Positions 37,565-49,824 of a stretch of DNA of 64,000 nucleotides are shown here, one piece after another (position 1 is the stretch's first letter; every line of letters starts with the position of its first letter). The notes below the pieces were generated by a model that saw only the letters and a list, made by a program, of their open reading frames with translations, was not told where the DNA came from and did not search any database. The DNA comes from Hydrolagus colliei (taxonomy: Eukaryota): positions 7,254,001 through 7,318,000 of the forward strand of contig CM068757.1 in NCBI GenBank assembly GCA_035084275.1, in the 5' to 3' direction. A program made the translations under genes and the position numbers.

Positions 37565-39371
37565 TCCTCCTCTGACATGAAAAGTGCTATACAAGTGTAA
37601 TATTGTTGTTATTATTGCCCATGGCACCTGAGGAAGTTGGAAGGGGTGAAATGCAGAAGGAAATGGCTGAAAGTGCTAACAGAGACCTGTCTGCCAGTAA
37701 AAAGCAAATCAATTGCAAATAAATCATCTTAACCCCCCCAAACCAACAAGCAACGTGTTTAATTCAAAAAGATTTTGTTTAATATCTACTTTGGAAATAA
37801 ATTATTGTAAGATTTTGTTTTAAAAAGCACTGTATTGTATGATTGATTTATAACTCTTGCAAAATATCACTTTGTGATGTCACAGCGACCCTTTAAATGT
37901 CACAGTACCAGAGTAGTCTGGAGCACTTCCAAGTTTCAACACATTGCGATTGACACTCATGACTATTTGAACTAGTTTGTGTGTGGATGCTTGGTGAATC
38001 ACCAGGTCTGGTGGTTTACTATTTTATCCTGTTATTCCCCAAAAAATATCCCCAATGTGCATTCTTCAAACCAGCCATAAGGGAATCGGTCTCGTTTTGT
38101 GCAAAAACATGTTTTTCCAAGGACAAAGCATTTCATATTAACTAGCTCTTCGAAAATAGTAGAACATTCGGTGAATGAGGGGAAAGTCATTTCATCCCAC
38201 CAGCCCATCAAGTCTGCTATTTCTGCAGGTGTCTGCGTAAGGCTTAACTATTGTGGACTTCACTCCACTGATCATCTTGCAGGAAAGCGTTCTGTTCTCC
38301 AAAGATAATCAAGCCGACTCCAGAATATCTGTCTTCACACATTCACTGCACAACCCTGGCACCAGACGCTCCCTCTATCCACACAACATTCCTCCATTCC
38401 TAACACTCCCCATCTCCCCACAGAAATCAGTCTATCCCGAGGAGCGTTTGTTTAACTCACTCTACACTTGCTATGTATCCAATATGGCTCTCAAGCCAAT
38501 ATTCACCCAGTTTTGCAGGAATTAATCACGGCATTGTCAACGTCACTGCTGCTTTTGCTCCAATTCCACATATTCACTACTCTAAAGGGATGTAGTTCTA
38601 CAATTACAGTCCAAAGCAAGATAACCTCTTATCTTGCTTCGCCACACAGATATATGATGTGTGCTTTAGCTATCTCCTGGTCATACACCTTGGTATGTCT
38701 GCATTAACCCTCCCCCACCATTTAACCAGCTGCGATTCTCTGCGATGATGTCTCCTGGATGAAACTGGGCCTGTCTGGATGAATAGATTAAGGCTAAACA
38801 CAGAGTTCAGTCTGCAAGTGGTTTGAAGGCAGGATCAGAGTTTGAACTGCAGGTGGTGTTTTGCTTGGTATATATTATCAAGGAATTAATCCAGAGGTGG
38901 TGATGCACAGTTATCTCCTACTCTCAATTTATGCTTGGGAGGAGCAAACATAGTCAAAACATTTGCTGCTCCAATGATAGTTTCTGAGAATTGCATTCAG
39001 CGCATTCACATTTTATTATTTTTAATCTAAATTATACCAATTGCCTACTTTGTTGAAAAAAATTGCTTTTTGCCAATTTTTAATATCCATATCATTCCAA
39101 CTATTAATTGTATTCTTATTTCACTCTCAATTGACTGTTTTTCCACCTCTCTACTGTTTCTGTCCATCAGGCACTTTGAGACATCTAGAAGACGTGATAA
39201 GGCACTATATCAAATGCAGGATTATTATTATTATTAGCATCAAAACAAAATTGTTTTGTTTCTTTAGAAGACTGTAAAATCAGTCATTGCTTTTGAGATC
39301 TAAGTTGAGGGTTTTGCTAACTATGTTTAAAAGTGTGTAAACAGGGAATTATGGGTGCTCTTAATCATGTA

Positions 39372-39699
39372 AATAATAATATTTGTATTTGATAGCATCT
39401 TATTGTCTATATATTGAAAAGTGAGTTGACTGTACCTGTATATTCTGTGGGCGAAACATGACAGCCAATTACAGACAGTAGAAGTCCCACAAACAGCCAT
39501 GGATTGAGTCACCCAATTTTTTGAAGGGTTTATTACCCACGGAAAGCGATCTGCCAATCGATTAACAACAGGGATCCTACTTACTGTAGGCTAAACAGTG
39601 TAGACTAAGGAAAACTTGCCCAAGGTTTCACCCTGTCAGGAATCGAAGCCAGATGCTCTTGTTTGCGAAGCTAATACATTAACCAATACTCTACTCCAC
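39372..39699 (-). mobile_element. Full-length degraded SINE (long subfamily)
   Basis: Reverse complement of the head (ggaatcgaagccag; aaacttgcccaaggtttc), the central gatctgccaatcgattaacaac and the tail. Confidence 0.85.
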
Positions 39700-40479
39700 T
39701 GGGGGATTCCAAATAACAATCAATAGTAAAGGATTTCTGAAGATTCTAATATACCCCAAACTAGACCCCACTGTCAGCATTTTGGTTGTCCTTGCATCTA
39801 CCTTTGGGTATTTTTAGTCGTAAGTGATTGGTGTGAGGGTCGTTTCAAACAAGCGGTGCCTTACTCCCTAGAAAATCTGGTATCGCTGCTGCACAAATGA
39901 TTGGAAAAAGCTCAACCTTCACATTATGCTGTGAAGCATTATCGGACCATAACTGAAGGCGTCTGATCACAACAGAACAATTTGATGACATTTGGCACTG
40001 GTGAATTGTGCTGATGACTAACCCAGATTTCGGTTGAAAATGTTACAATTAACCTCCATAAATTAGGAATCTGCTGAAGAAATGTGATGTAAACCATCCC
40101 CCTTTACTGAGCCCACAGCCAGAAAACTGTCTCGATCCTCTTGACGTGAAGTGTTATCCAAGTATGTACAAGTATGTCAACAGATTCATCGCGGCACTGT
40201 ACATCTCTCCCTGCAAAATACTGTGTGAACACAATGTACGATGACTCAACCAAATATGTAAATCTATCTAAAGTTTCCAAAAGAGATAAAAAGTTGAGGG
40301 AAGAAAGAAAGGAAGGAATGAAAACCTGGTGTGGATTGAGCGAGGATGGTTTCTGGATGCATTATCCATCCAGGAGTTTTAGAAAGGTTTTGCTGTCTAG
40401 GAATGTCACATAATGGCATTTGCTGTACTGATTGTTTATGCCCAATTGCTCTGCCGCCTGTAACAGGAAATGAGTTAAG

Positions 40480-40816
40480 TGCTGGCTTCTTGGCCCAATT
40501 GACATCAATTCTAAGCCTTGCAGACCCAGGGGGTTGAGTCTTTAGTGCCTGGTCTGTGTTGAGTTACCGATTTACATCTGGGACAACAGTAGGACTGGGC
40601 AGAGGTTCCATAATTTGTCTCAGCATGGAGTGGGGGGCATGTTAGGGTAGAAGGAAAAAATCAATTATGAATATTCCCGCTCATAGTTCGTATCCAATAA
40701 ATCCTGGTGTAAAGTGCACATAAGTATCAAGAAGGCGAGCAATGCAGTCAACCTCAATTCCATCAACAGTAACAGATAGCCAGCAACCACCATACATTGC
40801 CTAGGCTCATGAATGA
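40480..40816 (+). mobile_element. Old SINE-like interspersed repeat of a type I recall from shark genomes
   Basis: gccttgcagacccagg...cctggtctgtgttgagttaccgat...cagtagg...aggaaaaaatca...gcctaggctcatgaatg; recognised from memory only. Confidence 0.4.
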
Positions 40817-41185
40817 ATAAATAATAATAATCATAATTCTTGCACTTGATATAGCGCCTTATCATGTCATTGAGACATCTCAAAGCACTTCAGAGTATAG
40901 TTAAAGTGGATTTACTGTGTATTTTGTGGGCCAAACATGGCAGCCACACTGTGTCCCACAAACAGTCATGGATTTTTTTTTTTAAGTGGGGGGCGGGTGG
41001 AAGGAATCATTTTGCCAGGAAAATGATCCGCCAATCGACTAACAGCCGAGTTCCTACTTATTGCTTGGTAAACTGAAGCGTGTGGTGCAAGGAAAATTTG
41101 AGTAAAGTTTCACTCTGTCGGGAAATGAACTCAGGTCCTCTCGCTTACGAGTCTAGTGCACTAATCACTACGCTATGGGACTCCA
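40817..41185 (-). mobile_element. Full-length SINE (long subfamily)
   Basis: Ends ...ctaatcactacgctatgggactcca (reverse complement of the head); (taa)n tail at the left. Confidence 0.88.
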
Positions 41186-42375
41186 CGATAGAGAGAGCAA
41201 GAGACAGAGGCAAGCAACCTGCCTTTGAACACAGCTGTATGGTAGTGAAAGGTGCACCTATACATCTATTGACTCTGTTCTGAGCATTTCCTCACCTAAT
41301 GTAGGTGTTGCCTGAATCTCTCTCTCATTCTCAGATAGATGTCCTCTGAATCTGTTCCTCTACTGAAGAAGGGTTACTGTAAGGTTGTAACCAGCACGAG
41401 CATGGAAAGAGAGCACTGATGTATAATAGATCCAATATTATTATCATTATATTATCCTGACAAAGACTCTGCCTTGCACACAACGCAATAAGCCCCATGA
41501 GTGCGCAGGTGGCTTTCCCTAATACTGTATTACTTACTTATACATGGTGTCCATTTAATAACTACATCAATTAAGTAACTCCCAACATCAGAATTATTTA
41601 CGAATCAATTCTCTTTTTGTGTCTACAACAATAATCATGGCACACGTTGTTTCGATAAAGGAACCACATGGATTCAGTGGAAGAATTCCTTTATAGCATT
41701 ATATTTGGTTTCCCACATGCTGGCAATTCACAGCCACGCAGCTCTGGGTTAGGAGCACGAGGTCCCATGATAATGCACAGGCCAAGGTCTGAGAGTGGAA
41801 TATTTCAACAAAAATTGCAATGCTGCTGCCATATCACCTGAATAGTGCAAGATCCCCATCGTGTGGTAGAATGAAAAATAGCAGTTCAGGAGCCAAAACA
41901 GAATTTGCAGTTTAAACAGCAAATGGTGGAATTTAAGAACAGGCCAATCTGCGTTCCGGCTTGGTCATCTGCACAGAGCACAGGGCAGAACACACCTCTC
42001 TATATTATCAAGACCAAGGAAGCTCATTCAGGGAAGTTCACTCTTCAATATCGTCCATTCACCTGTAGGATATTTAAGGCCATGATTTGAAAGGATAACA
42101 CAAAAACAATCGATCACTTATTGAAAGCAGATGGGAGAGAGGGGAATTGCGCAATGCGTTTAAATTCTGGGCATCGGTCATCTGAATTTTTCACTAACTT
42201 CTCAGGGAATCCAAATATACCATCATATACAAGTTCCCTTCTCCATAGGTTCTCAATGTTGAAACTGAGACTCTTTCATATTCATGGCTTTGCAAGACTA
42301 CATTCTTTTCAGAATCAATGATCCAAAACAGATTGGTTGGCTGTTTCTTCCCAACCATGCGTTCACAAGTTCTGA

Positions 42376-42388
42376 CCAGTAGAGGGCA
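42376..42388 (+). promoter_or_regulatory. CTCF-like motif
   Basis: CCAGTAGAGGGCA fits the CTCF core consensus CCASYAGRKGGCR; motif match only. Confidence 0.4.
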
Positions 42389-43599
42389 AACAAGGATAAA
42401 TATCTCAATTTCAAATACAGGCTCTTAAAAAAAGGAAGAGATTTATTTATTGCTATTCCAGTCTCGTCTCCAATGACCTGTCTACTTGCATTTGGCTGGA
42501 GTTTATGTGTGTGTGTGTATGTATGTGTGAGAGAGAGAGGGAAAGGAGAAGGTTTCCAATACATTTCACAGCATAGATCTTGTAGTATGTGAGTATTGTA
42601 CATCCTGCTAAGTTTTGCACTTTAAGCCCCTAGCTTTCAGCAGAGAATCATTTCAGGACAACAATTAGTGATGTGGATTTTTCAGTTCAACCATTCAAAC
42701 TGACGACTATGGAGTGACCTGCATTCATTGTACCAGTGATAATATGGAGAACAATCATCCTACTGTTAACGGAGAAGTCCGCAGTGAAACAACAAGATCC
42801 GTGCTCTACACCGAATTTAAACCGATACCATTTGTTGCTCAAGATGGCTTACAATGGAAGTGGCTAGCAAGTGAGGATGTTTTGAGGGCAGTCAAAATTC
42901 AGTCGTTACTTCCCTTTTTACTCCAAAAAAAATTCTGAATATCAATGAAAGTACCGAATGTGAGAAGTGCAGAAGGAATATCTTGTGCAATGTTTAGCTT
43001 TGGCGACTGTTTACGCCACTCGAAAAAGAAACCAACAGTCAGAGTTCCCAGATACCATGGGAATTCCCTCATAACCACAGTGAACTTGGAATTGTAGGCT
43101 TTTTAGTGCTTCCTGCCTGGCTATGCAATGGCAGGGACATGCCAGCCAGAGTGGTTACAGCAGGTGAAAGACAATTGTCGAGATAAGAGGCCAAAAAATT
43201 CCTCCTAGCCTCAGCCTTCAAGGCCATTTTGCCTTAAAAGCATTAAAATTGTGCAAAGATTCTTGCGTATGTTTCGCTTTGGAAGCTGGTTCTTTTTATG
43301 AAGTGCAGAAAACCAGGTCTATTTCAAATAGTCCTAAAAAATATACCACAGTTGATCATTCTACCCCAAGCACTTTTTTTTCCCCCCCCAAGATAAATAA
43401 ATTATGAATGACCAACCAGCTTGTTGTAAGAAAACAGAATCAAACATTTTGCAATGATTCTAAACACAATTCTGCCACATTTAAGGTCGTGGATTTAAGC
43501 ATACACTGGAAATCTTCAGCAATTGTGTTGCAAGGAGCTGGGGGCCTGTTCAGCTTCCGAACAGTTCCCCAATCCTGTGATCTTATCAGGGGGGAAAGA

Positions 43600-46500
43600 C
43601 AAGAGAAAAAGTGAACCTGTTTATTTTACTGCATTTGAAACAAAATGTGTCCTTGCTTAGAAACTTTGTATGAGATTTTATTTTTTTTAAACTCAAATAC
43701 AAATATGTACCACAATGAATATACCTCTAAACGGTGCAGTGTGAATGTTTTTTTTACTCCAAACTGTTACTAGGAACAGCAGAAAGAAGTGCAATTCCCA
43801 GAGGATTTCATGCAGACGCTTCACAACCTGAACTTCCTACTGAAGAAAGTAAAAGGAAACGAGCCACTCACTTGCAAGACCCATCCCGCCGCTGCTCTCT
43901 GTCCATTTCCTTCATGAATTTCAGCGTTAGTCTTTCTAGAAGAGTCCCAGTCCGAGAGCCTCGCCCCTGGTGTGTGTGCACGCCAAAGTGGCCACACACC
44001 GAGAGCTAACGATCTTCAGCTGTGATGACCACTTAAGACTGCCCGGCACCAAGAGGCCAGCTGAACACTGACGAGCAATCCCTGATACCTACAGTTACCA
44101 CTCACCCCTCTACCTAAAATCTAAATTATTGACGTTGACTACAATGGTAATCCACTCACAAGTCATTTTCTCCCCCACCCATCCACAATTCCAGACTTTC
44201 AGAGCTTAACTGCAACATACATTTCATTGGGTTACACGTAGTCAATTCACTTTACAGTATATCCTAGAAAACGTGAAAAGGCGCTATATCAAATGCAAGG
44301 ATTATTATTCCAGTGTTATATATTGGAACACAGCCTTGCACCATATAAATGCAAGTTGGTGTTGTGTGTGTCCATATATATGTTATATATATACACACAC
44401 ACACATACATTACATATATACATTTTAATGCTGCTTTCATCTGTGCACTCATCTGCTCTCATCTGTGCACTGATTTAAACATTTGGGCCACAGAAAGTTA
44501 AAAAAAAGTGTCTTCAGTTCCATGAAGATAGAATTTTCATAGCACCATCAAATATTGAAGTATCTCAAAGTCCCTCGTACTAATTATTGACAATTGTCAT
44601 GACTTTCTGTACAGAATAAAAAGTAAAAGACATAAGGAATATTTAAAATACTCATTTATTTTTAAATAGGTACTAAACACTGTATTAATGCATGTTCAAT
44701 AACATCTGCACAATGCAGCTAACCGAAGTTAGGGGTATACACGGAAACAACAGGTCAATTGCTGCAACAGTGAAGTGCTACATGCTACAGAAAGCAAGCC
44801 TTACCGATAAGTTTGGCACTTTGGGTAAATCTCTACATGCACATCACATTCTAAATACTGTGAAGCCATCATTTAGAGGACAAATGATCTCAGCTGGTTT
44901 AGAAACTATAATCACTGTACTACCAAAATAGTAACAATTATACACCAGTTCTAACCAAAGAGAATCCATATCAAGTCATTATTCAGTCATCGGACAACAG
45001 TTACATGAACTTCCGTAGAAAATATAAAGTTAAAACATAACAAGTCAACATTTTACCCTTTTAAAAAGTTAGTAGTCGATTTTTATCTACATGTTCCATA
45101 AACAGGATTGTTGCTAATCTTAGCTAAATAGAATTTCTAAAAGCCCTCCCCCCCACACACACACCAACACAGCTATACACTATTCTGAATTTGTTGGGCC
45201 TCTAGCATGCAACCGTTTCAGAAAATTATTTTGCTCCAGCATTATTGCTATTAATACTTCCAGATTATTGTGTGTTCGTTTCACAGTAACTCTGTGTCTT
45301 TTAACTTGCACCACTTAAAATCACAGCATTGTGTTAAACCTTAAGGAATTTCAGCACCTTAGGACGTCTTGCAGGACGTAACGGGCGCGATATAAATGCA
45401 GTTTGTTGTTATTGCTCTGTTGTTGAATTCTCAGAATACTTTGAATATTTATTAATGAAAGATTGCCTGTGTTTTAAACAGCACATGTTCCAGGTATCAG
45501 TCTCTCCTCACTTTCCCAAAACTAACAATGCTCAACAAAGTCTCAATTTATTCTGCATGTCTGTCTTTCTGTCTGACTGACAACAGACACAAAATGGTAG
45601 GCTAATAATGGTTTATAATACAGTTGATTGAAATTCTAGGCTAATTGCACAAAAGATCCACACAAAAAAAACGAAAACCCTCAAATATATTAAAAACACA
45701 TTTAAAAAATTAACAACAAAAAAAATACTTACCAACTTGTCTATTGTGGGTGGTACAGAATGAGTCTAGCCAGCCTACAATTCAGAACGTTGTACAAGAT
45801 TAGATTTCCAGAGAGAAAGACCAGAGGGAAATGTTTCCCCCACCTCTAAATGAACAGAATTTCTGCTGAGATTACTAATGGTTTAAAAGAATTTATCATG
45901 TGAACAAAACCACCAAGGACCAAAATTAGATATAGCAAAACCAAACCAACTGTTGTGCAAGTCAATGTCTGTGGGCTGATATCACTCATTAGGGCAGCAA
46001 AGATATCAGTTATAAAAATCATGAGACAGAACAAGCCCCCAAGCAAGTTATAGTCAATTTTCAGTCCATTTCTGGTAGAATGGGGGTAAGGAGGATAAAC
46101 CTCCATTCCACCAGAGGCTGACTGAAAATTTACACGAGTCACCCCATTCACCATTCTGTTCTAGAAATATCCTATCAACTTAGGTGGTTCTCTCTCAGGC
46201 TCACATGAAAGGAAAAGACTGCCGCAAGACAAGTCAGGAATGATGCTGTGAATGAAAGTGGATAACTTAACCTAAAGAACATCACATGAGCTGGTGAATC
46301 TGCAAAACCACCCAGTCACTTCCCAAGTCAAAAATCAGGATTGCATTACACTAAAAAAAAACACTGCCACATAGGACAAAACAATAACATAGAACTTTGG
46401 TGCATTAGAAGCAAAATTCTAAATGAAGAGGACAAGATTTACTAAATAGCTAACGCATAGCTTCACATCGAGGCAAAAATGAACTATTAGTCCTTAGGAA

Positions 46501-46674
46501 TGTTTGGACCCTTAATATTAATATTTTAAGCATAAAATATTTTTTTCGTATAACAGTTTCAGATCAGTTCTGCCTCCACGTTGAACAAGTCCAGAACATT
46601 GAGAGTGTGTGACCACATGGTACTGTAGTTGAAGACTGTTCTGAACACTTCCGAGCGCTGGTGAAGTGGGCGGT
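43600..46674 (-). other. SWAP70: Probable SWAP70 3' UTR; tandem AATAAA signals (minus strand) at 43677-43682 and 43620-43625, proximal candidates near 45546 and 44655
   Basis: TTTATT motifs on + in an AT-rich, UTR-like context downstream of the stop. The polyA site used is unknown. Confidence 0.45.
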
Positions 46675-46787
46675 TCACTGGGCGGCAGCATGTTTCTGTT
46701 GCTGCCAGTTCTTTTCCCTCAAGGTCAACTCAGCATCTGTAAAAGCAGCCGGTCCCCAATTGGTGATCAGCTGATGGTTCTTTGCAC
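46675..46787 (-). CDS. SWAP70: SWAP70 terminal coding exon 12 (TGA stop)
   Basis: ttttctag|gt; (G)[36 protein letters not shown]; contains the SWAP70 motif [10 protein letters not shown]. Confidence 0.96.
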
Positions 46788-46854
46788 CTAGAAAAATTCA
46801 AACGTATAATTCAAACAAAGAATTTGATGTATGGAAACTGCACTGTGAGCCCTA

Positions 46855-47287
46855 ATAATAACCCTTGCATCTGATATTGCACTTGATCACGTCGATGAAG
46901 TATTTTGAATCACTTCACAGGAATTAAAGATATAATATGTAGTGACTATGTATGTAGGCAAGCACAGCTGGCAATTTATGCACAGCAAAAGTCCCATTAT
47001 TAAACGAAGGACCAATTTTTATCCGGTGAACTGTTGGCCTGGACACTGGGTGAAGCTCCTTTGGCTTTTTAAATAGTGTCCTGGGATGTTTAACATCCAC
47101 CTGAACAGGCTCAGTTTGGTATTCCATCTAAAGAACGGCGCTCCTGACAATGATAATACAATCGCAATGCTCAGCTGCATATGAACTGCAGTCACTGCGG
47201 ACTATCAAAACAAATTGCTGACTTGGAACTTGATCCTGCAACTTTCTAAATCAGACACGAGAGTGCCACCAATTGAGTCAGATTAAC
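46855..47287 (-). mobile_element. Deu-domain SINE in the last SWAP70 intron
   Basis: gttggcctggacactggg...tgggatgtttaacatccacctgaacagg...; head gcaactttctaaatcagacacgagagtgccaccaattgagtc. Confidence 0.8.
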
Positions 47288-47518
47288 ACCATAAGAAGTT
47301 GTTAATTCGCTAAACCCCAAATCCACATTTGGAGCAATGCCACTGTAGCAACATAGTAAAGTGAGCATAACACAGGCATCCAGATGTTAAATTGAAAGCC
47401 AACTTTCATTTTTTTTATAACACAGAACCAATTGCACTTCTGCATATCAGAACACTGGGACTGGTCAAACACCTCGACATTGTAAGAATGTTGATGGTAT
47501 CTTTGTTTGTTGTCCTAC

Positions 47519-47615
47519 CTGGCTCTATAAGTCGCAGCAGTCCTTCATGTTGGGCCACTTTGTCCTTCCAGTTCTTGGTCTTGTTAGCTGCCAGCTCCAA
47601 TTTTTTTGATATTTC
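47519..47615 (-). CDS. SWAP70: SWAP70 exon 11
   Basis: gaacag|gaa; [32 protein letters not shown]; phase-1 donor g|gtagga; 97 nt. Confidence 0.96.
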
Positions 47616-47814
47616 CTGTTCCAAAAATAAAAAAAAGGAGCCAAGATATTAAACTGGGCTGTCGTAGGCACCACATTTGCACAATGAACTGTTAGTGTAT
47701 ATAAATATACACTAACAGCAAACAGCCTGTTAGTGTATATTTATATTTTTTCAAATGAATCCTGTACTTCCTTATACTGTACAAATCAAATTCTCCCCAC
47801 AGATAAGGACCACG

Positions 47815-48142
47815 ATAAACTGTGTTATCAGTACCAAACAGTAGAACCAAGAGGACATGACCTGTGATTGAACAAGGGTAATTTCAGAACAAATCCAAGG
47901 AAACACTGCTTCAGTGAGCGAGTAGTAAACTTATGGAGCAGGCTTCCTAAGGAGACAGCTAGTAAAAGCAGAAAATGTCATTTGTTTCAAGAACAAAGTA
48001 AGATCGATTTCTGCTAGAAAACAATATCTCGGGATACAGTGTATAGTTTGGGACACAAAAAGTCAAGCAAACGGCAGGATGGTGGAAGGCGAACTGGATG
48101 AACCTCGGTCTTCTTTCGCTGAGCATTTTCTTATGTTCTTAC
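47815..48142 (+). mobile_element. CR1 LINE 3' end
   Basis: agaaccaagaggacatgacc...ttcagaac...aggaaacactgcttcagtgagcgagtagtaaacttatggagcaggcttcc (RTRGH...RK.FSERVVNLW.RLP-like); tail ttcttatgttctta. Confidence 0.8.
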
Positions 48143-48287
48143 TGATTGTGTGGCTTAGCTTATTATAGTAACTGAGATGACAGCATAGAGCTGCAAACCA
48201 ACAAGAAGCTCCATTGATCTTTGAGGCAAAACATTATTGCGCAATCTACAGGCAAGAGGAGACCACGTGACAGCTGATTGCTCTTAC

Positions 48288-48486
48288 ATCATATTGCTCA
48301 AGCACTTGCACTCGCTCCATTGCCAGCTTCTCTAGCTGCTCCATGGCTATCTTCAGTTCTTCGTCCTTTTTGGCTCGTTGTTTTTCCAACTCCTGCTTTT
48401 CTGCCTCTGTCATCTGTATGGCTTGTTGCTGCTGCAAATGCAATCTCTCCAGATCTGCTCGTTTAGCACACTCCTCTTCCAGTAAC
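48288..48486 (-). CDS. SWAP70: SWAP70 exon 10, coiled coil
   Basis: tctccag|g; [37 protein letters not shown]...QVLEQYD; donor gat|gtaaga; 199 nt. Confidence 0.96.
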
Positions 48487-49212
48487 CTGGAGAAGCAAAA
48501 GAGACAGATCCCGATTGTAAAAGAGAGTGTCTCATTTTAATTGCTACACAGTTTGAAACATTGATGGGAGGACAGAAGGATGGGTATTCGGGAAGGATGA
48601 GATCAAACGCCCTTCTTCATCCAAACCAATCTTTTGATTGTGTAAATTTTAAGGGCTTTGATATAAAAAAAGTTGTGAAACCTGATTTAAAAACTACAAA
48701 CTAACTCCAAACCTATTAAATAACAACAACAACTTCAATTTATATAGTGCCCTCCGTGCCGGACGGCGTCTCAGAGCGCTTAAATAAACACATTAGAAAC
48801 TAAGCACATCTCGAAACCAAAAGCAAAATGTTTTAAGATCTGGCCGAGCCAAGTGGTGCCTGATCTGTAGAGCTTCCAAGACTTCCAGGAATAATAGTCA
48901 GATCCAAACAAACGGTTCTAATTTTACTTTGGATCAAATATAAAACGAGTTCTGAAAATGTCATACTCATTTGAGGTTTTCTTTCATAAAAGTTATGGTT
49001 ATTGGAAGTGGGTTTGGATGTGATCATGACAACATTGAGAACTTTTGGCTCCTATGGACCGTTGATTGATATAGTCTATCCAGCCAATTTCCTACTACAG
49101 TAGTTATCCTCAAAATGCACCAAAACTCCAAACTAAACCCCCAAATCCAAATCTGACAGCTTATTGAAACCCAGCACTAAGTTGATTTTGTTAAACGTTT
49201 CTGTACAATTAC

Positions 49213-49379
49213 CTGGCCTGCAGTTTTCGGATCATTTCCTCATCTTGCCTTGCCTGCCTCTCATCCTCCAGAGCTTCTTCAAGCTTCTTGTACATTTCTT
49301 CCAGCTCATGCACACGTTGCAGGTGCTGTTCCAGTTCAGTGGACTTCTGTGCTACTTGCTTCTCCATCTGCTCTCTAAC
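49213..49379 (-). CDS. SWAP70: SWAP70 exon 9, coiled coil
   Basis: ctctag|gtt; [55 protein letters not shown](R); phase-2 donor ag|gtaatt; 167 nt. Confidence 0.96.
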
Positions 49380-49516
49380 CTAGAGACAACAGTGCACAGA
49401 TCTTAATTCTTACCTTGCCTGATTGATCAATAAATAAACCAATCAATAAATATGGTGGGAACAAAATTAAGGGCTCAGCACTATCAGAATGATTATTGTG
49501 CTAGGGCATTGAGATT

Positions 49517-49824
49517 ATAAATAATATTTGTATTTCACATCATTGAGACACCTCACAGTGCTTCACAGAATATAATGTGAAGCGAATTGACTATTTTGTC
49601 GGAGAAATGAGGTAGCCAATTGTGCACCGCAGTGATCCCCCAAACAGTCATAGATTGATTTACCAAGATATTATTATTTTATTTGTGGAGGGATTATTAC
49701 CCAAAAAAAGCGATCTGCCAATCGATTAACAACTGGGTTCCTACTTACCGCTAGGTAAATAGAACGAGTGGAGTAAGGAAACTTCCCTAAGATTTTGCCC
49801 TTAAAGGAATTGAGGTGAGGTCGC
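49517..49824 (-). mobile_element. SINE (long subfamily), head partly lost
   Basis: gcgatctgccaatcgattaacaactgggttcctacttaccgctaggtaaa...gtggagtaaggaaact. Confidence 0.85.

Noticed and set aside
40066-40243. 58-codon open frame NLLKKCDVNHPP...
   Set aside because: Weak acceptor, no recognisable homology, and a length expected by chance.
44030-44090. Alternative SWAP70 terminal exon (GIRDCSSVFSWPLGAGQS*)
   Set aside because: The AG lacks a polypyrimidine tract and the peptide has no recognisable similarity.
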